64,000 nucleotides of DNA from Escherichia phage St11Ph5, in the sequence record NC_070873.1; one strand, given 5' to 3'. Positions within the stretch are counted from its first letter, which is position 1; the number at the start of each line of letters is the position of its first letter. A model generated the notes under the pieces. The model searched no databases and was not told the origin of the DNA. It saw only the letters and a program-made list of their open reading frames with translations. The position numbers and the translations under genes are program-made. Positions 28,334 through 39,551 of the stretch are shown piece by piece.

Positions 28334-28627
28334 ATGGAACTCTTTAAGAAGGGTCAGCTTATACCAAAGCGTATTGGTGGATTACATGTCCATCGTAAAG
28401 CCCGACACCGTTTAACCTTTGGTTGTGATGTACAAATTGATGGTAATAGCTGGATTGCTGTACCGGATACAGGAATTGCAATGGTTCTCTGTAAGAAGTT
28501 AGGTATTCGCAGAAACAACGGTACTTACCAAAACGTAGATGCAGATTTTGTAGATATTTACTTTGAAGCTAACAAGATTGATTATGTAATCAAGACTGGC
28601 AAAAAGATTCTTGTAGTTAAGAAATAA
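28334..28627 (+). CDS. hypothetical basic protein
   Basis: 97-aa ORF with AGGAG RBS; last plus-strand gene before strand switch. Confidence 0.5.
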   Translation: MELFKKGQLIPKRIGGLHVHRKARHRLTFGCDVQIDGNSWIAVPDTGIAMVLCKKLGIRRNNGTYQNVDADFVDIYFEANKIDYVIKTGKKILVVKK

Positions 28628-28629
28628 AA

Positions 28630-28657
28630 TAGAAGCCCCTCATTAGAGGGGCTTTTT
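28630..28657. terminator. bidirectional terminator between convergent gene blocks
   Basis: Stem GCCCCTC / GAGGGGC, loop ATTA, T-tract on plus strand and A-tract upstream (T-tract for minus strand). Confidence 0.55.
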
Positions 28658-28660
28658 CAT

Positions 28661-31600
28661 TTAGTTAGTTAGGTTGAGCCATGGGTTCAGGGTATGGGCA
28701 CGTAAGCCTTGTCCTAAACCGAAGGAGTAACCGAGATTACCCTGTGCAGCAATGCTAAAGATGTTGTCCTGAATAGGAAGACCGACGTTACCAAACATGG
28801 TAGGAGTTGGAGCCAGCATAGCCATAGCAGCATGTACTGGGTTATTACGAATCATGGACACTGCAACTTTTGCAGAACGAATCTTAAAGTTGTAGAACCA
28901 CATTAAACCAACACTTTCCATATATCCACGGAAGCGTCCTGGTAAACGGTCATAGTTAATGAACTCTTCCGTTACACGTCCTAGTGCTTCTTCACGAGTC
29001 TTGCCTTTACGCTGGGTCAGTTCATCATAGATGATTGCTTTAGCGATAAAGTCAGAGTACTCAACTGTCTTCTGGATACCCTGGAAGAGGGCAGTATCCT
29101 TAGTGATAAGTGCATAACGCCCTGCGTTACGTACAGACTTAGGCAGCTTATCAGCCAGCTTATCCATGTATTCGTGAATCTTACCTTCAGTAATCAGGAT
29201 GTCATCACGCCCAATACCAGCATCTGCAATTGAAGAGAACTCACCAGCTTCTAACAGAGGCCAGATACTCAAACGTTTATGGCTATCCGTGATGGACTGA
29301 ATCTCAGCCTTAAGTTTACGAATCTGGTTCGGGTTGGTAGCTGCACGTAATTCTGCTTCTGCATCTACCTGGCGCAGACGAGATTTTAGGTACTGATTAA
29401 TCTCAGCAGTTTTCTGTGGAATGCTCTTAGCAATGTTCTTAACAGGTACACCACGAGCAACCATCTGGTAAAGGTTAGCCAGGAAGTTAACAGCAGGTAC
29501 AACTACTGACTTAACTACAATCAGAGTCTTAGCTTCTTTAACTAAGTTCTGAACCAGATTCTCACCACCCATTACATACTTATAAGCACGGTTGCCAAAT
29601 ACACCCAGCATAGCTTTCTTGAAGGTATCCAGTGTTTCTGGGGACCAACGAGAATTACCAGACCAGGCATCACCAACAGAAGCTGCACGATAACCAAGAG
29701 CATCATTGAGCATGTCACGACGTACCCATAACTCACCCGGACCAAACAGACTTTCTGCTTTCTGACGAGTTTCACTGTTCATCAGCTTAAGTGCATCAGC
29801 AGTTACTGGGTCCAGTTTAGAACCAAGAAGGTTAACGTACTGGGACTTATTAGAGGCAGACATCTTAATATCGTTCTCATACATGCTATGCAGATTCTCA
29901 ATAAGCATGTCGTTGAAACGCTGAGCCTTAGCCTCTTCCACCTGACGTCCACGCCATACACCAATCGCACGAGCAAGATGGTTCTCACCTTCGATGTGCT
30001 TCAGCATATTAGGGTCAATGGATTGCTCGTAAGCAACCACATTACCATTGGCATCATATACAGGCAGCAATGGTTCATTACCACGTTCACCGCGAGCCAG
30101 TGCTTTAGTAACACGGTCCACGGAAGGCTTGTCAGTGATACGACCAGCTACCATGGTTCCCATAGTAAAGCCTGTACCAAGGTCTACGCCACCAGCAGTA
30201 TTGCGAACGTTCTGCAGGATACCCTGTGAGAATGGAGCCTGTGCCTGTACTGGTGCAAAGTAGTAGCTACGTGCTGGCCCACGATTAGCAGAGCTACCCT
30301 GATAAGTGCCCAGTCGTACATAGGATTTCTCAATCAAATCAGCAAACTGACTATCTTCAGCAACAATCAGGTTAACACCCTGTTTAGTCTCACCAGGGAT
30401 ATATCCTTTGTACTGGTTCAAGGTTGCACGACTATCAGACTTAGCTTTAGCCATTTCGTCTTTACGCTGACCAACCAGGTAAGAAGTAGCAAAGTCCATA
30501 CCTTCAATTTCTGTCTGAGCCAGTGAAGATAACATCTCACGGTCAGTCTTATTCATTGCTTCCAGTGCATACAGAGTAATCAGTTTATCCAGCTGAGCTA
30601 CATCTACAACAGAACGTGTAGTCTTACGTTCGCCCAGCAATCGAGAAATTGCAGTAGCATTACGCAGCAGGTTATTACCAACAGTACCATTAATCATGTA
30701 CTGAGCCAGTTGCTTAGATTTACGGTTAATCAAAGACCAGTTACGTCCGGCTTGTTTCTGCAAATCTGCTTCCAGTTTATTAACCTCACGGTCAACAATC
30801 TTCTGGTCAGTTAGCAAGTCACGGATTTCAGCCAAAGACATAGTGTCACGCAGAACAGCTAAGTCAGTTTTACCCATACCGGTATGCATTGCTTTCCACT
30901 CCTCATTAGTCAGCTTACGGCTGAACTTAGATGCGATAGTGGTAGGTAAATGTTCACGGAACTGTTGACGGTCAGCCTGTACCTGTGCACGTACTGCTTT
31001 AATCAAATCATACACAGAAGCATTGCTCTTAGTACGTCCGATTATGTCATTAACCAGGTCATGGAAAGGTTGCCATACTTTACCCTGGTTCATTGCAGCC
31101 ATAACACCTTCAGCTACGATTGAACCATTCTTCTCTGTAGCAATAGCAGCTATCAGTTGTGCAGCATGAGCAGCACCTTTGACCAATGGGTTCTTGGTAT
31201 TAGCCGCAACTTCACGAGCACCTTCCAAAGCACGGGTAGACAGCACATCAATAGAATCCACCAGATACTGGTTAGCACGGTCGATAGCATTACCAGTAGG
31301 AGTAGCAACGGAATCATAGAAGGATTCTGCATTAAGACTGGTCTGCATGATTGTCTGAGCCAGTGCATCCATACCTTCCTGTACGTTAGTGGCTTTAGTA
31401 TCACCTGCAACACGAGCATTCAGACTAGCCATTGCAGCAGTACCGATGTTAGTCAGCATTGCGTCAACAGTATTGCCAGATTTCTTATCTGCTTTCATAA
31501 CAGGAATATCAGCCAGCACCTTACGTACTTCTTCACTTACCATTGCCAGACCAACAAAGGTAGGCAGTAAGGAAGAACGACCATGTGCATCAAACTCAAT

Positions 31601-34600
31601 GTTGTTAGCACCCATGATGGTATCGAACTTCTGCTGTGCATAGTAACGGTCAGCAGGGTTAGTACTATCTGGGTCAGCCATGAATACTTCGACGGTCAGG
31701 TTCTTAGTAACATGTGTGTAGTATTCCTGTGCACGAGCCAGGGCAGCTGGGTTAATAGCAGCCTCAGTAGCTAGTGCAGCAACAATGTTAGTGAAGAGAC
31801 GCTGTTCCTGCATATTCATGGTGAAGCCATGGGCCTGAACATCACGGGTTACTTTGGTTGCATTCACTACTGCATCAGAGAACTTACCTTTGCGAATTAC
31901 TTGCTGTACTGGTTCTGAACCAATGTAGTTAGTAATTAGCTTATCGAAGGTTTTCCCTAATTCTTCCAGACGGGTATTGTTACCATATGCTTTGTTATGG
32001 AACAGGGTAGTGTCTTTGGCTACAGTAGCAGTAGGAGCTTGTCCACGCATTACTACAGCAGAGTTAAACAGTAAGCCAGAGAACATATCATCTGCATTAG
32101 CCGGAGCTTTCTTACGTCCGAATACCAGACGCTTGATTGCTTCATATACAGCCTGAACCATCGTTTTAAGTGCAGTGGTTTTCTTCTGCTTATTAATAAG
32201 TTCACGGTTAGTTAATCCCCAAGCCATGTACTCATTCAGTGCAGCAGCTTTAGCCATTGCTGGTTCAATGAAGCCATTAGACAAGTGACCATTAATGGTA
32301 TTCAGTGCATCAGCATATGCTTCACGTACTGCCGGAGATTCATCATAAACATCCAGAGCACGGAACTGGTTCATCAGGTCTTCAATATTCTGGACAGCTT
32401 CATTAGGAGTACCTTCGTAGTGAGCCAGTACAGATTCAAAAGTAGAAGCATGTACCAATTCATGAACCAGAGTCTCTAATGAAGGAGTAACTAAGTAGAT
32501 GGTCTTATCTTCAAAGTTAGTCCAGCCATATGCATTACCTGCTTCAGCAGCCTCAATATCTTCTGGTGCTGGGCGAGTAATATTCTTCTCAATAGCATAG
32601 GCATCCAGTTGAGAAGGTGTACCATAAACAACCTTATAGTCTTTAGCAGCAAGGGATTTCTGTATTTCTTTCAATACTTCTTGCTGTTCAGGAGACATCT
32701 CTTTAGCCAATTTAGTAATAGCAGTATTAGACAGCAGACGTACACCAGATTTCAGTACACGACCAACTTGTTCCATTGCTGGTACTTCTTTCACTGGTTC
32801 TGCTTTAGCAGCACGTACTGCATCACGACGCTTGTTTAATTCAGCATCAAACAGTTCGTTCAGCTTAGCTACTTGCTGGTCTACAGTTAAACCTTCCAGA
32901 GAGATTTTACCGTTGTTCACATAAGGAGCACCAACAGCAGCCATCTGGTCAACAGTGACCTGTACCTGGTCCATTACCTTGTGACGAATATCTACACCCA
33001 GGGCAATGTTACGCAGATTACGCTCAATTAATGCAATACCAGAATCTTTAATCATAGAAATTTTATAATCTCTATCACCATCTACTCTGGTAATCTGAGC
33101 ACGTTGATCAAAGTCTAAAGCAGACTTCGCAATAGCATCTATTGCTGCATCGGACAGCTTATTTAAATCAACATTCTTAGCAAACTTAGAGAAAGACTCA
33201 TAAACATTCTTGATAGGGTTACCCTGCCAGGAAGTATATACAGCCTCGTTAGCTTTACGGCTTGCATCAGTAATGTCATTGATACCAATGTTCATACCAT
33301 CAAAGATTTTCAGGGTATTCTTTGGAGCACCTTTCATAGTAGAAAGAGTCTGCATCATCATGCCATCACCAGTACCGATGGTCATAAATGGAATACCTGC
33401 TACACCTGCCTGCGAAGGAGCATAGATGCTCATTGGCACACGCATACGGTCATCTAAGTTAGTAGCCAGTACTTGGTTAGCAACATCAGTATTTTCACTA
33501 CCTGCAATGTAGAAAGTCTGGGAACCAGTCTCAATCATTGGAGCCAGTGGTGCTAAGCTATTCTGAATTTCATTCAGTTCTTTCTGTGTTAAGAAATCAC
33601 CTTTCTTCCATGTTGGGTCTTTTTCTTTTTCTGCCAGTTTAGCCTGTACTGCCTGTTGGAACATATCCTGCAATACCAGAGATTGAATCTGGGTAGCCTT
33701 CTGTAAGTTCTCCGTAGATTGCATCAACCCTTCACCAACAGTGAATCGGATACTTTGTCTCATAGGCTCAACAAAGAAGTGCAGCATATTCTCTTGTAAG
33801 TTCTTAAGAGCATCCCCGGATACGGTAAACTCCCGGGGATCTAACTTACCAGTCAGAACACCATCTACTTCTTTAATGAATAACTTACCTTTACGCTTAG
33901 CTGGAATATTTCCAGTCAATGCTTTCATAGAAGTAAGGAAGGTATCCAGCATAGCCTGAGCATCGGCTTCAGATGCAGCCTCCTTACCAAACATCGCCAT
34001 AGCTGGGGAAATGTTAGGGTCAACAGCACGGGCTTTTAGAACGTCGCTTAAGCGTTCATAGATGGTATCAGTAATTGCACTTACCATCTTGCCAGCAATA
34101 CCACGTGCGCCAGAACCATAGATGGTAATGGTTAGTGGGTTTTTAGCGATACCACGTTTCAAGTCCAGAGTACCGTCTTCCTTAAGATTGAAGTCTTTAA
34201 TGAACAAATCCATTAGCTTCTGGAGATGGTCCATCTGGTTTATAACAGGAATATTTTTACTATAAGCATTGCGTAATTCATTTAGATAGAATTGCAGACT
34301 ATTAGTAGATGCTTCATACAGGTCAACACTGTCTTCCTGAGTATGATGCTCATTCATGGTCTTACCGGCTTTACCGAAGAACAAACCACCTTTGGCAGTA
34401 TTCTTAATCCAGTTTGGAGTGAACTTACCACCGGTCATTAATACCATTGCGTTGATTGGACCGTTGGTTACACCATCGGCTTCAACGTACAGTGGGGTAT
34501 TAAAGTTGGCACGGTCATCACTGTTAAGATAACGGGCATATTCCATAAGAGCCATAAGAGCTACAAAGGATTTATCATTACCAAGAGATGTTCTCAGAAT

Positions 34601-37600
34601 ATCCACTGCATCAGTAGGTAAGTATCCAGACTTATCAAACTCAACCATCATATCTACAGCAGGTTTCAGCTTACCTTCCAGAGCTTTGGTAAGTTCTTCT
34701 GACATAGTTTCACGAGTCATTTTATGAACTTTGATACCTAATGCCTGAGCCAGTCCAAGCTGGAAGCCTGAGAAGTCTTCATTGTTCTGATTCGATAAAT
34801 CCAGAGTAGCTTTAGTAGGTAAGATAGCCTCACGAACCAACTTAGCTGATTGAGGATTATATTTACCTAACATCTGCATACGACCAACACGGGTCATATT
34901 GTAAGCATAGTGAATAGGCACAGTGGAAATGTCTTCACTCTGTGCTCTCACCTGTTCAATAACAGAGAACAATTGGTTGTAAGAATCCTCTACTGAACGG
35001 TTTTTACCTTCCAGAGATTTAGCATGGTTCTTATTAAGTAAATCCTTATCCAGAGTACCAGCACCCATCAATTCGAGGATACGGTCTTTACCTAAAGCCT
35101 CATAGAACTGAACCATTGGGGTATGCACAAAGAACTCTGTAGCCTGCTCTGCTTTAAGGGCAGCTTTCTGTTCCGGAGTATTACGGACAGCAGGGTTACG
35201 TAACTGAGTATGAGCCACGGGAGGAATGTCATCACCGAAATACAGTTTCTCTACTGGTTCTACGAGGACAGCTTCCTCGATAGCAGTAGGGAATTTGTTA
35301 ATAGCGTCGGTATCATCCAGCTTCTCAATGGTATACAGACCAATAGTCTTATTGGATTCTGGGTCAATTTCAGACACATCCAGCATGGACTCTTTAACTT
35401 CACCCATTTCAATAAGGGAAGATAGAATCTCTGTAGCCATTGCCATCGGGATACCTTTGGTATAACCCAGTGGTGCATCAGCATTACGATTAAGTCCCCA
35501 GTAAGATTCAATCTTTTGAGCCAGTGAGTTAGTAGCTTCTACTAAGGTTTGTGCATTCTCAAATTCTGCGAGGATACCTTCTGGTAACAAGGAAGCATTT
35601 ACACCAGTAATTGCAGCCACATCCTGCATGTCTTTAATAGCAGCATTCTGTGTAGCAGTAAGTCGCCATTGCAGACCAGCAAGTACAGCAGTCTCTAACA
35701 ATTGGTCATTGAACTTAAAGGTGTCTCCGTCTTTCTCTACGATATTAAGTAACTTACCACCTACCCAACGGTTAGCTTCAGTACCTTCTGCAAAACGTTT
35801 ACCAACGTTCTTGTTAGCAAGGAATTTAGTCAGACGGTCAGACAAAGTAGTCTTCAGAGTTTCACCAAACTCAAATAAGTCCTGGTAACGCTTAATCACA
35901 TCACTTGTGAGAGCGTTATTTTCTTTTTGAGTAAATGCTTCAAAACGAGCAGCAGAAGACAGTGCTTTATTAACATCAGTTAAAGGAGATTCAGAACCAA
36001 TGGTACGGGACTTAGGTTCTTCTGGCAGACTAAATGCTTTAAGGAACTGGTTCGGTGTCTTTTCATTGTTATAGACAGGGAACACTGCTTCCATTCCCGA
36101 TAGAGGTTTACCACCAACAGTATAGTCTGCTTTCAGTTGAGCCAGTGATACTTCTTCTTTCTCAACGTTATTGGTATTAAGCCCAGATGTATCTACACCA
36201 ATCTGAATCAGTGCATTGTTTGCTTCTACGAATGATTGAACAGTATTGAATTGTTCAGCAGTTAGCTTCTGATTATCAAACAATTGCAGAGATACGAACG
36301 GTTGCTCACTACCTTTATAGAAAGTAGAACGTACAGCACCAGTATCCAGAGACATGTCACGATAACCATCATGACCAAATACGTCAGACAGACTGATATG
36401 GTCGCCATTGGAACCAACAACAGTACCATCAGCGAATAGCCATGGACTATCTCTACGGTCACCATACTTATTAAGAGTATCTTGTGAAATAGTATTCTCT
36501 TTCACATAAGAATCTCTTTCAGATTCAGTAGGCTGTTCAACGATATCCTGTTTTTCAGACTGGTTCTCAGGTTCTTTTACGGTTTGTGGTTTAGACTCTT
36601 TAATAGTAGGTTCTGTTTTAACAGCTTCACTAACAGAGGGTTTAGTCTGTACAGTAGGGGTAACTGGTTCCTGTTTTGTAACAGGAGCTTCATCAACCTG
36701 ATTCACTGGTTCATTAGTCTGTTGGGATTGAGCAGCATCAAGATTGCCCTGACGGAACTCTTTAACTACCTGGGCAGCAGGCTTGTTCAGACGTGAATCC
36801 AATGGGGTAACTTTCACATGAGAAACATTAAGCTCCGGGTAAGCCGTAGCAAGTGCGTTAGCAATATCAGCTACGGTCTTGGCTTCCAGTCCTACTTGCT
36901 GGGCAAACTTAACAGACTTGGTATCATACGGATTGACACCGAGGCCAGTACGACTACGTACCCATTCACGCGAGGGAGTAAGAGCCTGATAATGGACAGA
37001 CTTATTCTTATCCGCATTCCCAGAAATCAGATGCTCATTCAACGCTCCGACCTTATTCTGCATGTGCTGGGCGAACTTCATAAAGTCGTCGAGATAAGCG
37101 GAAGCCAAATCGAAGTTACCAGAGTTGTACGCAGAACGAATGCGTTTAGCATGTTGCAACGCAGAGTACTGGCCTTCATTAGAACGAGACTCGTCGGTTT
37201 TAATCTGTTTACTAACAATGTCTTGAGGACGTAAGCCTAGTTCTTCTGCTTTAGCATCAAATTCTCGTGCTCCTTGTAATAGAGCAGCAGCAGATTGCAG
37301 GGCAGCACGCTGACGATTCCCCAGTGTAATCTTACCTTCACTTGCATGTTTCAGAACCATGTTCACTGAATCTGCATCCAGCACTTCTGGAGACATATCA
37401 GCAGCCATAGCAATGTTGTTTGCCTGAGCTTGGTTAGCTTCTTCAGTAGCTTTCAGTTTACCTGCTTCAGCCTGTTCCTGAATCATAGAATGGATGGCAC
37501 GGAATGCACGGAGTACCTTCGGTGTATTCTGAACATTAGCCATCAGGCCAGAGAATTGGTCAACAATATTAGCAGCAGGAGAACCCTGTTCCAGATTAGC

Positions 37601-39466
37601 CAGAGCACCAGGGTCACGGTTAATGAAGCTATCCATAGACATGATGTTGTCATACATCTGGATTGCAGCTTCCATTTGAACGTTAGGGTCTTCGGCAGTA
37701 TTAACCAGGTCAGCCATCTTCTGAATAGCTTCAACACGGTTAGTGGAACCAGAAACAGCTTCACGGATTGCCGGGCTAGCTTGTTCCAGTTCTACTGGGT
37801 CAAACTTCATTGCCTGAGTTAAGTCAGCAGCATACTGAGTAGCAGCAGCTTTCTCTTCAGGAGAAATATCCATTGCATCTACTGCTTCCTGAACAGTTGC
37901 TTGAGCCTGTTCTGCCTGAGCAGTAGCTTCTTGTGCAGCAGCATTAACTGTAGCGTCTGATACAGGGGATGCTTGTTCATTTCGCTTAGCAACTTCTTCG
38001 CCACGCTGAACCAGGATGTTAGTAATAGGAGAAGCAGCTTTTGCTAATGCATTACCAGCCAGAGAAGCAGCAGCCATGGTAGTACGTACAGCAGGACCAA
38101 CGGCAGCACCAGCAGCTTTAACAGTTGCACCAGGAGCTTGAGCAACTCCAGCAGAACCGAAGCCATACAATGCACCAAGCCCGGTTTGTTCACCAACACC
38201 TTTAAGCAAATCACGCTTAGCATCTACATTACCTTGAATTGCCTTGTTCTGTGCAAGCTGACTTGTACCAGACTGGATACCTTCTTCTACAGTCTCACGC
38301 AGCATGTTAGAACCAGCACCAGCCAGTGAACCTACCTTAAGTGGATTAAGTTCAAACTTGGATACCAGTGGACCAGTAAGAGCAGCAACCGGAGCAGTTA
38401 AGCCAGCAGCAGTAATACCTGTTTCAGATGCAGTTTGACGACGTGCTTCTTCAGGAGATAAACCATCTTTAATATGCTGTTGGTATACAGGGGATTTAGC
38501 AGCCAGTTCACTAAACGGCATTTCCATAATTTCATTAGCAGTTTGTTGGTATGCACCACCAGCTTCCATACCACCAATTGCTATAGCAGGTGCAGCAACA
38601 CGACCAGTAGCCAATGCAACCTGTGCAGGACGTGAACCTAATTCAGCAGCTAAGGTAATACCCTTAACAGCTTTATCCCCACCTACCATTACTTTACCGA
38701 GTGCGGATACACCACGAATCAATGGACCACCGGTAAAGAGAGAACCAACACCCTCAGCCAGACCATCAGTAGCAGCCATGCCATTGGACAAAGTGTTAAC
38801 AACAGAATCGTAAGCATCACGTCCAATGCGAGACAGGGAAGCAACGAGTTCGCTTTCTCCTTTAGCAATATCCTGCTTATAGAGTTTCTCATTCTCCTGT
38901 GCAGATATTACGTTCTGGTTCTGTACTACATTACGACGAGCATTCAATGCATCAGACTGTAGGTTATGTACACCTTTATTCAACCAGTCAAGACCGGAAG
39001 CAATGGATGCCCCGGCATTATCATTGACCAAGCCTGTGCCAAGAGCAGCAATGCCCCCAAGGGTATTAGCAACACCAAGACCAACACCAGAAAGGGTATC
39101 ACCAAGTGCTTCACCATATGTACGACTCTTAGTTAAATCACGACGAACAGCATTAGCTGCATTGACACGAGCATTGAGAATGTCCATTCCTTGCTCATTG
39201 CCGTACTTGTTTATGATTTCAAGAGGAGAGGCGTTAGTAAAATCTGCCTGAATAGAACCTGGGTCAAATGCACCAGCACCTAAGTTACCAGTACGACCTG
39301 CCTGCAATTGGTAGGCATTCTGAGGAGTTAATTGGAAAGGGTTTTGCCCTTGTTCAGCTTGTTTCCGAGAGGTTGCAGTAGAGACATCGACTTGCTTAGC
39401 AGTAGTGATGCTGTCTGCGAAACCTGCCAGACGGTCAAATGTTGACATAGCATGATTCCTGTTCAA
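28661..39466 (-). CDS. virion-encapsidated RNA polymerase (N4 vRNAP-like giant protein)
   Basis: Single 3601-aa ORF; size and genome position match N4 gp50; central segment ITIYGSGARG compatible with single-subunit RNAP motif B. Confidence 0.8.
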   Translation of the reverse strand: MNRNHAMSTFDRLAGFADSITTAKQVDVSTATSRKQAEQGQNPFQLTPQNAYQLQAGRTGNLGAGAFDPGSIQADFTNASPLEIINKYGNEQGMDILNARVNAANAVRRDLTKSRTYGEALGDTLSGVGLGVANTLGGIAALGTGLVNDNAGASIASGLDWLNKGVHNLQSDALNARRNVVQNQNVISAQENEKLYKQDIAKGESELVASLSRIGRDAYDSVVNTLSNGMAATDGLAEGVGSLFTGGPLIRGVSALGKVMVGGDKAVKGITLAAELGSRPAQVALATGRVAAPAIAIGGMEAGGAYQQTANEIMEMPFSELAAKSPVYQQHIKDGLSPEEARRQTASETGITAAGLTAPVAALTGPLVSKFELNPLKVGSLAGAGSNMLRETVEEGIQSGTSQLAQNKAIQGNVDAKRDLLKGVGEQTGLGALYGFGSAGVAQAPGATVKAAGAAVGPAVRTTMAAASLAGNALAKAASPITNILVQRGEEVAKRNEQASPVSDATVNAAAQEATAQAEQAQATVQEAVDAMDISPEEKAAATQYAADLTQAMKFDPVELEQASPAIREAVSGSTNRVEAIQKMADLVNTAEDPNVQMEAAIQMYDNIMSMDSFINRDPGALANLEQGSPAANIVDQFSGLMANVQNTPKVLRAFRAIHSMIQEQAEAGKLKATEEANQAQANNIAMAADMSPEVLDADSVNMVLKHASEGKITLGNRQRAALQSAAALLQGAREFDAKAEELGLRPQDIVSKQIKTDESRSNEGQYSALQHAKRIRSAYNSGNFDLASAYLDDFMKFAQHMQNKVGALNEHLISGNADKNKSVHYQALTPSREWVRSRTGLGVNPYDTKSVKFAQQVGLEAKTVADIANALATAYPELNVSHVKVTPLDSRLNKPAAQVVKEFRQGNLDAAQSQQTNEPVNQVDEAPVTKQEPVTPTVQTKPSVSEAVKTEPTIKESKPQTVKEPENQSEKQDIVEQPTESERDSYVKENTISQDTLNKYGDRRDSPWLFADGTVVGSNGDHISLSDVFGHDGYRDMSLDTGAVRSTFYKGSEQPFVSLQLFDNQKLTAEQFNTVQSFVEANNALIQIGVDTSGLNTNNVEKEEVSLAQLKADYTVGGKPLSGMEAVFPVYNNEKTPNQFLKAFSLPEEPKSRTIGSESPLTDVNKALSSAARFEAFTQKENNALTSDVIKRYQDLFEFGETLKTTLSDRLTKFLANKNVGKRFAEGTEANRWVGGKLLNIVEKDGDTFKFNDQLLETAVLAGLQWRLTATQNAAIKDMQDVAAITGVNASLLPEGILAEFENAQTLVEATNSLAQKIESYWGLNRNADAPLGYTKGIPMAMATEILSSLIEMGEVKESMLDVSEIDPESNKTIGLYTIEKLDDTDAINKFPTAIEEAVLVEPVEKLYFGDDIPPVAHTQLRNPAVRNTPEQKAALKAEQATEFFVHTPMVQFYEALGKDRILELMGAGTLDKDLLNKNHAKSLEGKNRSVEDSYNQLFSVIEQVRAQSEDISTVPIHYAYNMTRVGRMQMLGKYNPQSAKLVREAILPTKATLDLSNQNNEDFSGFQLGLAQALGIKVHKMTRETMSEELTKALEGKLKPAVDMMVEFDKSGYLPTDAVDILRTSLGNDKSFVALMALMEYARYLNSDDRANFNTPLYVEADGVTNGPINAMVLMTGGKFTPNWIKNTAKGGLFFGKAGKTMNEHHTQEDSVDLYEASTNSLQFYLNELRNAYSKNIPVINQMDHLQKLMDLFIKDFNLKEDGTLDLKRGIAKNPLTITIYGSGARGIAGKMVSAITDTIYERLSDVLKARAVDPNISPAMAMFGKEAASEADAQAMLDTFLTSMKALTGNIPAKRKGKLFIKEVDGVLTGKLDPREFTVSGDALKNLQENMLHFFVEPMRQSIRFTVGEGLMQSTENLQKATQIQSLVLQDMFQQAVQAKLAEKEKDPTWKKGDFLTQKELNEIQNSLAPLAPMIETGSQTFYIAGSENTDVANQVLATNLDDRMRVPMSIYAPSQAGVAGIPFMTIGTGDGMMMQTLSTMKGAPKNTLKIFDGMNIGINDITDASRKANEAVYTSWQGNPIKNVYESFSKFAKNVDLNKLSDAAIDAIAKSALDFDQRAQITRVDGDRDYKISMIKDSGIALIERNLRNIALGVDIRHKVMDQVQVTVDQMAAVGAPYVNNGKISLEGLTVDQQVAKLNELFDAELNKRRDAVRAAKAEPVKEVPAMEQVGRVLKSGVRLLSNTAITKLAKEMSPEQQEVLKEIQKSLAAKDYKVVYGTPSQLDAYAIEKNITRPAPEDIEAAEAGNAYGWTNFEDKTIYLVTPSLETLVHELVHASTFESVLAHYEGTPNEAVQNIEDLMNQFRALDVYDESPAVREAYADALNTINGHLSNGFIEPAMAKAAALNEYMAWGLTNRELINKQKKTTALKTMVQAVYEAIKRLVFGRKKAPANADDMFSGLLFNSAVVMRGQAPTATVAKDTTLFHNKAYGNNTRLEELGKTFDKLITNYIGSEPVQQVIRKGKFSDAVVNATKVTRDVQAHGFTMNMQEQRLFTNIVAALATEAAINPAALARAQEYYTHVTKNLTVEVFMADPDSTNPADRYYAQQKFDTIMGANNIEFDAHGRSSLLPTFVGLAMVSEEVRKVLADIPVMKADKKSGNTVDAMLTNIGTAAMASLNARVAGDTKATNVQEGMDALAQTIMQTSLNAESFYDSVATPTGNAIDRANQYLVDSIDVLSTRALEGAREVAANTKNPLVKGAAHAAQLIAAIATEKNGSIVAEGVMAAMNQGKVWQPFHDLVNDIIGRTKSNASVYDLIKAVRAQVQADRQQFREHLPTTIASKFSRKLTNEEWKAMHTGMGKTDLAVLRDTMSLAEIRDLLTDQKIVDREVNKLEADLQKQAGRNWSLINRKSKQLAQYMINGTVGNNLLRNATAISRLLGERKTTRSVVDVAQLDKLITLYALEAMNKTDREMLSSLAQTEIEGMDFATSYLVGQRKDEMAKAKSDSRATLNQYKGYIPGETKQGVNLIVAEDSQFADLIEKSYVRLGTYQGSSANRGPARSYYFAPVQAQAPFSQGILQNVRNTAGGVDLGTGFTMGTMVAGRITDKPSVDRVTKALARGERGNEPLLPVYDANGNVVAYEQSIDPNMLKHIEGENHLARAIGVWRGRQVEEAKAQRFNDMLIENLHSMYENDIKMSASNKSQYVNLLGSKLDPVTADALKLMNSETRQKAESLFGPGELWVRRDMLNDALGYRAASVGDAWSGNSRWSPETLDTFKKAMLGVFGNRAYKYVMGGENLVQNLVKEAKTLIVVKSVVVPAVNFLANLYQMVARGVPVKNIAKSIPQKTAEINQYLKSRLRQVDAEAELRAATNPNQIRKLKAEIQSITDSHKRLSIWPLLEAGEFSSIADAGIGRDDILITEGKIHEYMDKLADKLPKSVRNAGRYALITKDTALFQGIQKTVEYSDFIAKAIIYDELTQRKGKTREEALGRVTEEFINYDRLPGRFRGYMESVGLMWFYNFKIRSAKVAVSMIRNNPVHAAMAMLAPTPTMFGNVGLPIQDNIFSIAAQGNLGYSFGLGQGLRAHTLNPWLNLTN

Positions 39467-39510
39467 ACTTATATCGTATAAGAAGTTTCACTGTACAGTA
39501 AGTGAATGTA

Positions 39511-39535
39511 AGAGAAAAGCCCCGGATGGGGCTTT
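39511..39535 (-). terminator. terminator-like hairpin
   Basis: Stem AGCCCC / GGGGCT, loop GGAT; T-tract on minus strand after hairpin. Confidence 0.45.
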
Positions 39536-39551
39536 ATTAGTATGTAAGATT

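Noticed and set aside
29572-39251. Multiple 60-140-aa ORFs on both strands inside the vRNAP gene
   Set aside because: All lie within one continuous 3601-aa reading frame; their composition is typical of antisense or off-frame read-through
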